The notes under the pieces: model-generated
What the model was told of the DNA's origin: nothing
The model's input: the letters and a program-made list of their open reading frames with translations, nothing else
The model's database searches: none
Made by a program: the position numbers and the translations under genes
Shown here: one piece after another, positions 1 through 13,030 of the stretch
How the letters are laid out: every line of letters begins with the position of its first letter
Position numbering within the stretch: position 1 is the stretch's first letter
Assembly: GCA_951406725.2 (NCBI GenBank)
Contig: OX597818.1
Coordinates: forward strand, 143,406,001 to 143,470,000
Direction: 5' to 3'
Origin: Octopus vulgaris
Taxonomy: Eukaryota
DNA length: 64,000 nt

Positions 1-1538
1 GTTTAGGGCAAACTTGCGATTGATAGCCTTGCATTCTAAAACATTGTTTTTTCTCATTTTTTTTTCTTTTTTGATAACGAAGTTTTTCACTTACTGCTCG
101 CAATTCATGTTGAAGAGCAATTAGTTTTCAGGTAAGGGTCTTACGTAGGCAGTGCCCTAAGACCTTAGATAATCTATCATAAAGTCGCACCTGGTTATAA
201 GTGGATAATAATTTACATACCACTAAATCATAACGTCTAACTGTCCAACATTTTCTATGTCTATCGATAATTGTGTAGAGGGAGGTAAGCTTTTTCTCTC
301 TCTCTCTTGCTACGATTTATCCCTGTTTCTCCTATATTTTGGCGAATGGTAATCGCAGCTCATTATAACAGAATATTCATTGTCCAAAAGTTGGGATTTA
401 TGATCTCTACTAAACGGCTTCTTAACTATTTGTTGTTCCATCGCGGATAACATCAGGTCGGTAGATTTCCTTCTGAATCGAGAGGGGGTAGTTCTCTCAT
501 GTAATTGTTTATTACTGTAGTGTTTGAATTTTATTGCCACTGCTTTTAGTTCTTTATATTCTTCACTCATTACTACTGTTTGTTCATAATCTGTTACTGC
601 TCGTTCATGTACGACAGCATGCTCCTCTCAATTTTATTATTATCGTGGTACATGTTCTTTACTGTCTTATCAGGAGAATAATTCACTATCCTTGTCTGAC
701 TCTTAATTAATGTGCAGGATAGTAAAATTTTTTTTCAACAAATGTTGCTTGGCAACGTAGTTTTTTTGGCACTAAAGTCGGAGTAAGAGTGTTTTTAAAG
801 AGTGTTTTTAAATCTCAGACACTCTTCATTCTTTTCAAATAACTAATCAAAAGATCTTCCCTAGGATTTTTATAGAATTGATACAAGTCTTGGCTCAATT
901 CAAAGGTTAACACAAACTTCTCTCGATAGTTCTGTGACATGCGATAGCCGACTCTAGTCTCCAGTCAAACCATTGTGTATGTAGTAGTAGTCCTATGTAT
1001 TGAGTTTCAATTAATTTTCTGCTATGCTCTTCCGTAAAAAGATACTTCTTCACTTTAATTCGAAGATAATCAATTTTTATCAAGCACATATCAACCGCAA
1101 AAGATCTAGTATTTATTATAGAAAAATGAATGTCCCTATTAGGCCGACATGACTGACTTTGGTGCTATATGTCTGTCTGTCTGTATGTATGTGTGTAAGT
1201 AGGTGTGTGTGTATGAATGTATGTATGTGTGTGTGTATGTGTATGCACTCCCTTAGTGGGGATGATGGCCAAGTCAGTTATTAATATTCTAATTAAGGTG
1301 CTGATCTTAATTACTCATTGAGACCAATTAGTGGCGAAGGTCATTATTGAAATCGCGTTATATAATGGCATAAATCAATTTGCATGATAAAAATGAGCAA
1401 TCGATGGTAAATGAAAGTAGCTTATCCAATTTACAAATCGTTATTAATAATTCCTGTCAGTGATGTGACCTGGAAATCAATAAAAGCTCAGTCAAAATGA
1501 AATTAAAAGTAGGTCATTGGTTCAATACAATGATCTAT

Positions 1539-1581
<43 letters not shown>

Positions 1582-1662
1582 TGTTAGGTGTGATGTACAG
1601 ATATTGAATATTGAGAAAAAAGTCGTTAGAATTTTGGAAAAAATCCTTTTATTTCTTCATTA

Positions 1663-1702
1663 TTACTAGCGCTTTCGTCCCTTTCTAGAACTTATCAAAT
1701 AA
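1663..1702 (-). ncRNA. Minimal type I hammerhead ribozyme fold, U3-A8 core variant
   Basis: Minus strand reads UUAU-UUGAUAA-GUUC(UAGAAAG)GGAC-GAAA-GCGC-UA-GUAA. Stem I UUAU/GUAA, stem II GUUC/GGAC, palindromic stem III AGCGCU, CUA cleavage triplet. Confidence 0.6.
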
Positions 1703-1848
1703 AATTTTGTGAATGTACAAACAGCTTGTTCATTTATATAAAAGAGATATTTTGTGGGGTTTTGTTTAGAAGAGAACATTGTTTTTGTTTTTGTGGGGGG
1801 AGGTTCCATGACAATGGAGATGAATAGATAGAAATATAGGTAGATAGG

Positions 1849-2190
<342 letters not shown>

Positions 2191-2739
2191 AGTAGAAGGA
2201 AAGAGAGAGAGAAGGGGTATCCACCTTCCTCTTCACCATTCATTTATTTATTTATTTACTCAGTCCTTTACCATTGTATTGGAATGGGTTTTAGGATGGC
2301 GACGACAAATGAAATGCAGAAGACAACCATCAACCCATAAGTCCAAACACCTTAGATGGATAAATACAAAGGAAAAAAGACATGAAAGACACATAACATA
2401 CAGACAACAACCGACCCGTAATAACATGTACCCCAGACGGATGAATACATGGGAAGAAAAACAAATAAAATACAGGCAGCAGAGGTACTATAATAGGAAT
2501 AATAATCATTATGATAACTCAAGCAACCCACGATTTACGACCAAAAATCCCATATATCCTGAATAGTGAAAAAAAACATGGAAGATAGGAAGAAAACAAA
2601 ACTTATAACCAACGGAATTCGTATAAAAGACATGAACCGTCCTCCCACCTCCATGGAAACCAGAACGCCGAGAAAACGGAGTCATGGTAACACAATTCCT
2701 TTTTTAGGGAGAAAATACCAAAACCACGCATCGGACCCG

Positions 2740-4860
2740 ATAATACACAAAATTTAAATGAACAGACACAACATATAGACCCGAAGATCATAAATTTGTC
2801 AAATAAGAACCTCAACAAGAATGAGATGAACCTCCTATTAAAAGTTTTCAAGTTTACCTGACGCTCACCTTTAATCTCATTGAACTGAAATTTGGTATTG
2901 AACACTTCAACCATCACCTCCGACTTATAGAATTCTTCAGCAATAAAGATTTAAATGATGAATCAAAGTCAGAAATAAATCCCACTTCATCCACTACAAG
3001 GGAAAGGATAAATATTTAGACGTGTATATAGACACGATTTCAAAATTTCCCCCTAAAAACCAACAGATGCAAACAAAACCTTTGTGAAGAAGAAAAGGAA
3101 ACCTTAAAAACACTGAAGAATGACAACTCAATCATCGTAAAAGAAGGCGATAAAGAGGGGTGGGCGATAGTAATCATGGTCAAGGTCTATTATAAAGATA
3201 AAATATTGGAAATGTTAACAAACCAAACCTACTATAAGGAAGAACTACGACACTCAGAAAAATCGATAATGAATAAAATCAGAAGACTAATCAATGAGTT
3301 CCAAGATTCCTTCACAGACAAGGAGAAAGATTATATATGCAACTCTATAATCAAAGAGAGCAATTTCTTCTGATTGCCCAAAATTCACAAAAGCTCCGGA
3401 ATACAAAGTGCCATAAATAAGCAGAATAACCAGTAAGTAAAAATACTAAGGCCTGCTGAGCTCAGACTAAGACCAATAGTTACTGGACCTCAAGCACCAA
3501 CACAATAACTAAGTCATTTTTTAGATATACTCCTAAGACCTTCGTGCCCTTTAATACCCAGTTTTGTATGGGAATGGCAAAGATTTCATCCAACACATCC
3601 CTCCCACAGTCACAGAAGGTGCTATACTCATAAGTTTTGATGTCACCAATCTCTATACTAATATACCTCACCCTTTAGGTCTAAAAGCAATCAAACACTG
3701 GGTAGAAAAACATAGAGAGCGGATAAATGAATGCTTTAAGACTGACTTCAACACCAAGGCCACACGCCTAGTACTAGAAGAAAATACCTTTAGATTCGGC
3801 AATAAAACATATCGACAGTAAAAAGGCGTGGTTATGGGTACGCGGTTTGCGCCCTCATATGCAAACTTAGTTATGGGATATTTGGAAGAAAAACTTTATG
3901 AGGAAGTAGAAAAAGCTTTTGATCAGGAGTACAAGAAATATATCATTAAAAAGTGGAAGTGCTTCCTTGATGGTTGCTTCATCTTCTGAGACGAATCGAA
4001 TGAAGATCTAAATATATTTAACAATATACTGACCACATTTCACACGACAGAATCTAGTTGCAATGAACTACCATTCCTGGATATCCACATAAAAATACAG
4101 AACTTCACAGTCACAACAGACATATTTTACAAAAAACTGACACACACCGATATTTAAATTTCTACTTTTGCCATCCATCACACATCAAAATAAAAATCCC
4201 ATTCAGCATGGTATGACGCATCTGTGCTAGAGTGACTGACCCCAAAATACGTGAAATCCGACTCAACGAACTCGAAGGCTTCCTTACAATGCAGAAATAC
4301 CACTTAGTATAAATTAATGAAAGAATTAAAAAGGCGATGAAACTGAACATCACCCAACTACGGACACCTAAGGAAAAAGTTAATGAAAACACGATTCCGT
4401 TCATTAACACACACAATCCTGGAATAAACAACATCTTTCACGCCATAAAATCGAACTTACCTATACTCCTATAAAGCCCCAAAATGAAAACTCTGATTGA
4501 AAAAAAAAACACCTTACAGAATAGCAGATGCCAACCAAAATTTTTTTTTAGAAACACTCACAAGGGCAGAATTCAAATCAGAGAATGAATCAGAATTCTT
4601 AGTAAAAGAATGTGGAGACAGATGTGGAAGATGCAACAATATCAAAAACTTCAAATACTTGGAAAGTGGTTCCCACATAAAATTCAAGATCGGATTCCTT
4701 TTCAAAATAAATGCAGATATGATCTGCAAAACGCAAAAGCTCATATACTGCATTACCTGCCCAAACTGCAAAGATAAGAGAAAAAAAATCAATCAGAAAG
4801 GAACTCTATCTCACTCAAAATATCTTTTGATAAGCAACCGGTAAACTCTTACTTTTTTCT
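2740..4860 (+). pseudogene. Penelope-like element (RT plus truncated GIY-YIG), degenerate
   Basis: Broken frames carry PLE motifs IVKEGDK, LPKIHK, LRPIV, SFDVTNLYTNIPH, GVVMGTRFAPSYANLVMG, LPFLDI and CHPSHIK. A Cys-rich linker (CGDRCGRC) and LIYCITCPNC follow, ending before the YIG motif. Many stops and frameshifts. Confidence 0.88.
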
Positions 4861-4985
4861 TATACACTGAAATCTGACATTGAACTTTTCCACAAAAAAC
4901 TGTATATTACACGCTTTTACTAAATATCTTATTCTGAAACAGAACACTGTAAAAGACTCTTACTTTTTTCTTATACACTGAAATC
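4845..4985 (+). repeat. ~30-bp direct repeat (actcttacttttttcttatacactgaaatc) at the PLE 3' end
   Basis: Two copies, at ~4845-4875 and ~4956-4985. Confidence 0.8.
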
Positions 4986-5139
4986 ATTCACAAAAAATGA
5001 ACATTGTATTCTAACCCAATTTTTCTCTTTTTTTGTTTAAAAATAGAACTTTCACCTAATTAAATACACTCTCCCTTACTTAAATTATTTTGTCAGCATT
5101 TTCTTAACCGCGTTCATATGGCCTTCGTGGGTCTGTTCT

Positions 5140-5340
5140 TTTATACTTTTACTTGTTTCAGTCAGTTGACTGGAACCATGCTAAAGCACCGCTTTGAAGT
5201 TTTTTTTTTAGTCGAAGAAATCAACCCCAGGATTTATTTTTAAAGCTTAGTGCTTATTCTATCGGTCGCTTAGCCGAACCGCTAAGTTACGGGGAGGTAA
5301 ACATATTACCACCGGTTCTCAAGCGGTGATGGGGTGGACA
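5140..5340 (-). mobile_element. SINE 3' portion (family ending gcagtc..tgactgaaac..aaaag)
   Basis: Same sequence as copies at ~5975-6160, ~17880-18030, ~25370-25560 and ~50140-50340. Confidence 0.7.
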
Positions 5341-5399
5341 AACACACACACTCACACACACACGCATACACACACACACACATAGACACACATATATAC

Positions 5400-5920
5400 A
5401 TACGACGTAGAGTAAAAAAATATATGTACTGTTACTTTTTCAGTGTATTTACACAAGAACAGGGGATAAACAAGTACGTTATTTTTCTATATAGTCTCCT
5501 TCCTTTACGATGCACTTGGTCCAGCGGTCCACAAGGTTGTGTATTCCCTCCAAGAAGAAGGTTTTGGTTGGTGTCATGCGTCCATTTATGCACCACTTCC
5601 TTCACATCTTCATCCATAGGAAATTGACGATCTTGTAAACCATCTTTGAGCGGTCCAAAGATATGATAGTCGGAAGGGGCGAGATCTGGGCTGTAGGCAG
5701 GTTGTTCAAACACCTCAGAACCCAATTGGTTAATGGTTTCAACGGTCTGGGCGGCCGTGTGTGGGTGTGCATTATTATGAAACAACAAAACTTTCTTTAA
5801 CAGTAGGCTTCGGCGTTTGGTGCGAATTGCTGGCTTCAGTTTGTTGGCCAGCAAAGTACTCTATCTTGCGCTGTTGATCGTACACCCCTTTACAGTTAGT
5901 AAAGTTAGTAAATTTTTGTC
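5400..5920 (-). mobile_element. Mariner transposase 3' relic
   Basis: ORF 5432-5854 has FHNNAHPH and PAYSPDLAPSDYHIFGPLK (mariner YSPDLAP motif). Confidence 0.9.
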
Positions 5921-5974
5921 ATTACCTATCATTTATGTATATGTATGTATTTGTTATTTGTGTTTGGGTTTTTT

Positions 5975-6165
5975 TTCACCCGCCCCCGACATCGCCTGAC
6001 AATCGATGCTGGTCTGTTTACGTCCCCATCACTTAGCAGTTCGGTATAAGAGACCGATAGAATAAGTTTTAGGCTTACAAAGAATAAGTCCTGGGGTCAA
6101 TTTGTTCGACTAAAGGCAGTACTCCAGCATGGCCGCACTCAAATGACTGAAACATGTAAGAGAGT
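5975..6165 (+). mobile_element. SINE 3' portion
   Basis: Matches other in-window copies (agagaccgatagaataag...ccagcatggccgca..aaatgactgaaaca). Confidence 0.75.
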
Positions 6166-6169
6166 ATGC

Positions 6170-6202
<33 letters not shown>

Positions 6203-6356
6203 TGTATGTATGTATGTATGTATGTATGTATGTATGTATGTATTCATGCATGTATGTATGTATGTATGTATGTATGTATGTATGTATGTATGTATGTATG
6301 TATGTATGTATGTATGTATTCATGCATGTATGTATGTATGTATGTATGTATGTATG

Positions 6357-6387
<31 letters not shown>

Positions 6388-6414
6388 GCATGTATGTATG
6401 TATGTATGTATGTA

Positions 6415-7020
6415 CTAGCAGTATTGCCCGGCTCAATGGGGATTTCAGGGGAGAGTTTCAGGGAGTCGCTGGCGATGTATCGTGATGATGAAAAATCCAG
6501 CCTGCTAAAATTTGGTTAAAGTGATTCAAACTGCAGACTCAACGCAAAATGGTCACATTTAATTCAAAGCGTTAAAAATGTTATGAAAACAATTAGTATG
6601 TGTTCACAAAGTCCAAACGATTAATACGAAAAACCCCTCCAGGCTACATCCCGAAAATTTATTTCTTTGTCGAATTTCTACAATGTTTACGGCGATTCGT
6701 TTTTATATCTTGATTTTTTATTTTACATGCAATTTACGCATGCTTGCACGCGTGGTGAACACAGCTCACGTCAAACAGCTGACTGAGTAAAGTTCACTAT
6801 TCAATGCATGGGATAAGGCCTAAACAAACACATTATCGATTTTTGCACTTGCGAGATGAATTTCGGAACAGAAATAGCGCAGTTCAATTTTCATTCGCCT
6901 AAACTTTAAGTGACCCATTTTTGGTGGTTCTACGTTTTTTGGCTAGGAGGAGATGTGCCGGGAGGTTAAACACACAGACACACACACACAGATACACAAG
7001 TTGAGTTATATATATATAGA
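6415..7020 (-). mobile_element. Non-autonomous Helitron inserted into a (TATG)n tract
   Basis: Minus strand starts A|TC at 7020 and ends CTAG|T at 6415: an A/T insertion with no TSD. The 3' end gccgggcaatactgctagt matches 60120-60138, and a second copy lies at 35542-36128. Confidence 0.75.
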
Positions 7021-7054
7021 TGTATGTATGTATGTATGTATGTATGTATGTATG

Positions 7055-7085
<31 letters not shown>

Positions 7086-7298
7086 GCTAGTATGTATGTG
7101 TATATGTTTGTATGTATGGGTCTGTCTCCGTAAATGAGTACATTAGTGCCAGTTCTTTAAGATAAGAACAAAAAGCCATAACCGTGAACCGGATGTTACC
7201 CATAAATAACTAGTCATGGCACAATAGACAGTGTCACTTATTTGGCACTGATGATTGCCCTAGATTATACACACACACACACACACGCGTGTACATGC

Positions 7299-7361
<63 letters not shown>

Positions 7362-7900
7362 AATTGAGACTAGGTGTGTGTGCGTGTGTGTTTGTGTAAC
7401 TTATTAAATTGCATGTGTGAATATATATATATATATATATCTGTATATTTAAATGTGTATGTATATGTATGTGTATATGTGTGTGCGTGTGTATGTGTGT
7501 GTAGATATGCTTGTGTGTGTGTGGGGGGGGACATACTAATTAACTTATGACCGACTAAGATATGAGATGACCACTTCAAAACTTATAAAAATACGACTGA
7601 TGAATTGTTTTGGCGATAACGGTTGAGCGCCATTTTCATCGTCATGACTGATTGTACGATACGTATGTGTTTGTAAATGTGCCTATGTGTTTGTGTGTGT
7701 GTGTATATGTGCACGAGTATGTATGTATGTATGTATGTATGTATGTATGTATGTATGTATGTATGTATGTATGTATGCATTATGCATGCATGTGTGCGTG
7801 CGTGCGTGTATGTATGTATGTATGTATATATGTCTGTATGTATATATGTATATTAGTATATATATATATATATATATATATACAAACACACACGCACGCA

Positions 7901-7945
<45 letters not shown>

Positions 7946-8236
7946 GTGTGTGTGTGTGTGTAATAATCGATTAAGTAAATAAAAGACGGCTTTATTCTGT
8001 ACGACGATCGTTTCGCTCCATCCTGCTACTGTCTTTTACGGGTGGCATTTTATGCATCCTATTGTATTGCATCAGTCTTTGCAGCCTGGGTCACGTCATG
8101 CACATGCATACATGAAGTGGTGTCCCGCTAAAACTATTGGGTTCAAGCAGTCGGGCTGGTATGCGGACAAATACCAACATAACTGCCTGAACTCGATATT
8201 TTGAGCGGGAAACCACAAATTATTAAGGCTTACTGG

Positions 8237-8316
<80 letters not shown>

Positions 8317-8373
8317 AAGAAGAAGAAGAAGAAGAAGAAGAAGAAGAAGCAGAAGAAGAAAAAGAAGAAGAAT

Positions 8374-8406
<33 letters not shown>

Positions 8407-8424
8407 AATAATAATAATAAATAA
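8237..8424. repeat. Compound trinucleotide tract (AAT)n-(AAG)n-(AAC)n-(AAT)n
   Basis: Direct reading. Confidence 0.97.
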
Positions 8425-8812
8425 TTGGAAGTGTTATCATGTACATTGTATTGTCTTAGTATAAGAGATGGGCTACAGCAAATATTCTGCTCAATACCAC
8501 AGATCTGCTTGTCAGTTGTTTGACCGTAACCAGTTGACCATGTCCCTTAGTGGCTGACGATATGTGCATCTCTGATCACGAGCAGAAGTAGTGGGGGAGC
8601 ATCATAGCCATGTGTTGAAAGAAATTCTTAGAGGTTTGGATAATTCACCTTTGGAAACACGGGTGGTTCGTTCAACATCCTTAAACAATTCTTATTCAGG
8701 GACCTTTTGAGCGGGGTGGGCTACTTGACCAGAAGAAAATTCTAACTGGGCTCCACCTGCAAGGTCATGCGCTTTTTATCTTGATATGAGATCACCATGT
8801 CGCGCACATATG
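8425..8812 (+). mobile_element. Dispersed non-coding repeat, overlapping copy at 26598-26790
   Basis: Shares ccacctgcaaggtcatgcgct..gatatgagatcacc.tgtcgcgcacatatg with the 26.6-kb copy, which ends in an (AAT)n tail like a retroposon 3' end. Confidence 0.6.
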
Positions 8813-8829
8813 ATTTTGTCGAATCTTCT

Positions 8830-9905
8830 CCTATATAGCTTTCAACCTATAACCTGTTTACCACTTATGTGGGAGCTTATGACCGGTGTATTGACGGAAG
8901 AGTTATACAGCCATCCTGAAAGTAACAGTCTGCTTCCAGACGAACAGAAAGGATGCAGGAAGCAAAGTAGGGCAATAAAAGATCACTTATTAGTTGATAA
9001 AATGATAATTAGAAATTGTAGACGTAGATTGATGGGACTGAGTGCAGCTTGACTAGATTACAAAAAAGCATGGTACCATACAGTTGAATAAGTAAAACAA
9101 TGAACATGTTTGGAATAGCAGAAAAAAATCATGGAGAAAATGAAGTATGAAACATTAGAATTGAATTGATCGGAGGAAAACAAAAACTCGGAAAATGAAC
9201 ATCAGACGTGGAAAATATTTCAAGATGATAGCTTATATCCATTACTATTCGTATTGGCCATCTCACCGCTCACTATGATACCACGAAAATTTAAAATTGC
9301 TTAGGATTTGGGAAAAGGAAAAGGTCAGATAAATCATATCCTTTTCATGGATGACATGTGTAAAAGGTTTATGTGTAAAATGAGAAACAGCTTGAAAGTC
9401 TGGTACATACTATCCGTATTTTCTCAAATGACGTAGATATGGAATTTGGGATAGAAAATGTATTGAAAATGAAACGAGGAAGATTTGGATGAAGCCAGGG
9501 AATTGAAATGTCAAATGGGCAAACAAAGAGAGTTGTTGAGAAGGGACAGTCGTATAAGTATTTGGGAATACTGGAAGCAGACGAAATGAAAAATGAAGAA
9601 ATGTAACAAATTACCGGTTGAGAGTACACAAGGAAAGTAAGAAAATTATTGCAGTCTAAGTTGAATTCCAAAAAATCTTATTGAAGCAATAAATTCAAGA
9701 ACAGTACCCTTAATCAGATAAGGAGTTGGAATTATAGAAAGGACCAAAAACGATATAAAGAAACTTCACAGAAAAACTAAAAAGTTGTTGACAATGTATG
9801 GCGCCCACCATCCGAAAGCTGATATCATCAGATTGTACTTGAGGAGAGATCAAGGTATAAGAAGTTTAATGGTAGTTGAAGAATGTGTACAGATGGAAAG
9901 AAAAA
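8830..9905 (+). pseudogene. R4/Dong-clade non-LTR retrotransposon RT fragment
   Basis: FQPITCLPLMW, DEQKGCRKQSRAIKDHLLVDK, DYKKA, IFQDDSLYPLLF, INHILFMDD and YKYLGILE. Homologous to the 53-55.6 kb element. Confidence 0.88.
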
Positions 9906-9931
9906 GCCTAATATCTCTATTAACTTTTTAA

Positions 9932-9969
<38 letters not shown>

Positions 9970-10739
9970 CTAAATATAATAAGAACAAGCGAATGGGTTT
10001 TCAGTGTTGCTACTATTGTTTCGTCAGGAGCGAGTTACTCAACAAGTCGTTGTTTACTTGTTTTACATGGTTGCCTGATGAACTCGGGATAAATATAATG
10101 TATTGCGTAATTGAAATAATTGTATTGTGCTTACGTCAAAATAAAAACTCCTTATGAAACAATTCTAGCAACACTAGAAACCCATTCATCTGTTTTTATT
10201 ATTCTTTTATGTCACTCTTATGGTTCCATTCTTCGTTGATACTTTGAAATACTATTAGATTTCTGGATTACCTAACAACAGGGAATATGCTTAATCGATA
10301 TCTAACGTGCTTGTTAATTGATTTAGTCACTGTCTGCTCTGCGCAATTCTGTCTAGACAGCGGTGCACTTCACGTTCATATACCTCAATCCTTTATGGAT
10401 CCATTGTAATTGACATATCTGTGTGTGTGTGTGTGCGTGTGTGTCCGAGAGCAAGATAAACAGAAGATTCAGTTAAAATCTTTATTGTAGCATCATAAAA
10501 TACATAATTTTATATGTTTCACTAGCGCACACAAATATGTTGTACTGTAATCGTTACATAGATGACTGCATAATCATCTTGAAACGTCAGACCTTCAGGT
10601 GAAGAGAGTAATTTATGTGTGCGTGTTTGTATGTGTGTGCTTGTTTGTGCATGTTTGTGTGTGTGTGTGTATGCATTTGTGTGTGTTTGTGCGTATGTGT
10701 GTGTACGTATGTATACATACATATACATACCAGATAAAA

Positions 10740-12130
10740 TTGATGGCAATCAGTAAAAGAAGTGTACAAAAGATGGCTTCCAGAAGTTTCCTTCCACGCT
10801 GGATCCTCTGGCTTCTATGCAGTTGTTGTAGCGCTCCAGCACTTCGTGAAGGCCCCATGATTGTTTTTCAAAGCGAAGATGTCTTGGACCATTGTCACTG
10901 CCTCCTTTTCAATGTCATCAAACGACTGCCCCTGAAGTTCTTCAGCTCAAGGAAGAACTGAAAGTCACAGAGAGTAAAGGTTGGACTGTAAGGAGGATGA
11001 GGGACAGTTTTGGTGCCCATTTCTATCAAATAGTTGGTTACCAAGATGGAATTGTGGACTGGTGCATTGCCCTTGTTGAAGAGCCCTGGCCTTTTGTGAG
11101 GAATTATCTTCTTGAACTCCATCAAAACCTCCACAAAGTACTCTTTTTTTGACCGTCTGGCCAGAGGAGAAGTGGTGAATGGTGTAGATGACACCCTTGC
11201 TGTTGAAAAGGAAATCATCACAAGCTTCCTGGTAGGCTTGCTTTGCCTGGCCTTCTTGGGTCGGGGGGGGGGGGGCAGGATGCTTTTATTGGGCACTCTG
11301 TTTCTTGGTCTCTGAAATATAGCAATAAATTCAGCTTTCGTCACTGGTCATCAAGTACTCTTGGATTGGAGATAATGAACTCTCCTTGCCGTCACCAACG
11401 TGTCTTTCCTTCTGTTTGTCCCTGAGCACCCTGGGAACAGATTTCGCGTATGTTCAGATCTTCATAAATAGCTCTGTGTACAGTTTCCACAGCAACTCAG
11501 AACTAAATGCTTATTGTCTTTACAGACACACGAATTTACTCAACCAGTTCTGATGTTCTGACGCCCCTCTCCCTCTCAGACCTCCCATCGTTTCTCACCT
11601 CCTCTCCACCGTCCTCGACCTCTTGTGCCAGCAAAAACACATGCTCGGCCCATACAAGTTAATACATGAGCAATCTGGAGTATTTGGAGTATTTCACGAG
11701 TTTCTGTTGAGATTTTGTCCAGTTTAACACATGCATAGCAAGCTTCCATATTGTCTGCACGTCCCGAGTGCATTCTGCACTTTGAACGGCAGATCAAGAA
11801 ACAACAGCAGTAATTTTATTCGGCTGAATACAGGTCATTGATTGGTTGAAATTACCGAAATACGACAACTTTAACACGAAATAACTTTGAAAAACAAAAA
11901 CTTTTCTCAACAACACTGAGTAAAAGATGTTTTACATGACACATTCTACCAGTGTCCGAAGTTTGAAAGTGTTATAGTTACAAAAATTTTATTTCTCGAT
12001 CTGCCGTTCAAAGGGAAAAGATCCCATTCTGCAAAGTAGTCAGCTGTAACAAGCAGTGTTTAGTTGGGTGTGTTCAAATTGCTGTTACAGCCATCTCCTT
12101 CAATGTAGAATAAAAAGTTGGCAGGTGAAC
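10740..12130 (-). mobile_element. Mariner relic interrupted by a MITE
   Basis: GNAPVHNS and PHPPYSPTFTLCDF motifs, C-terminal ERYNNCIEARG, and N-terminal remnants near 11600-11760. Confidence 0.8.
11780..12024. mobile_element. MITE with ~22-bp TIRs and 9-bp TSD (Mutator-like)
   Basis: ctttgaacggcagatcaagaaa (11780) is inverted to tttctcgatctgccgttcaaag (~11992-12013). CATTCTGCA flanks at 11771-11779 and 12025-12033. Confidence 0.75.
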
Positions 12131-12624
12131 TTACTAGATGTATAGTAATTATATATTAAAATTACAATTATCTAGGACAGTTATGATTGTTTCACCTAAA
12201 AAACATATCCCCAAACCTTTAGAATGTTCTTCGTATTAGGTTATAGTTTAAGGGGAAAATAACCCCGATCTAAGCTTAAAGTTTATCCTTAACAGACTAT
12301 GCAAGATAAGACGATACATTCTTAAATCCAAAATACTATCACACTTTAAAAGAATACATAAGGTAAAGATAAATAAAAGAGCAAAAGAAACAGTAAAAAT
12401 AAAAACAATGAGAAAGTAATAACGAAGACATGCGAAAGAAAGAAGAACAAAAACAAATTACAGGACATCTAAACATTACTGACCCACAAAACTCAAACCA
12501 AATGGACACAGAAAAATTAAAACGAAATATGTAAAAAAGATTTCAGAATAGGAAATCCTTAAGGTGGATATTATGAACATAAAAAACCCAAAAAGGGTAC
12601 AAATAATTAAAGAATAACATTTGT

Positions 12625-12787
12625 AGTCAAAAATGTCGCTTTGCAACCACGTAGTTTCAGGTTCAGTTCCGCTGCATGACAACTTGGGAAATTTTCTCTA
12701 GCATAGCTCTAGCATAATGACACGTGAATAAATTTCGTTGATGGAAACTGTATAGAAGCCCATCACGCAAACACATACACAAGCTGT

Positions 12788-12818
<31 letters not shown>

Positions 12819-13030
12819 ATATACGCGCATATATGGCTGGTAAAAACCAAAGACACACACATATGTATGTGTGTATTTCATTTTTTTACATCCTCCCAAC
12901 ATACGGGTTCAACAAAAGAGATCGATAGAATAAGTGTCAGATTTAAAAGAAAACAAAGTGCTGAGGCCGACTTATTCGACTAAACCCTTCAGGGTCGGTG
13001 CTCCCGTGGCTAAAACAAATAAAAGAAAAG
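12625..13030 (+). mobile_element. Degenerate tRNA-derived SINE (head plus 3' part split by microsatellite)
   Basis: caaccacgtagtttcaggttcagttccgctgc head and gatagaataag...gactaaacccttca tail, as in the 50-kb copies. Confidence 0.6.

Noticed and set aside
310-1089. 86-aa and 60-aa minus-strand ORFs
   Set aside because: No recognisable motif or splice context. Possibly decayed retroelement sequence.
7995-8080. Minus-strand GAAAC-GAUC-GUC hammerhead half
   Set aside because: The upstream core reads CUGAUGC and no stem I or II pairing could be built.
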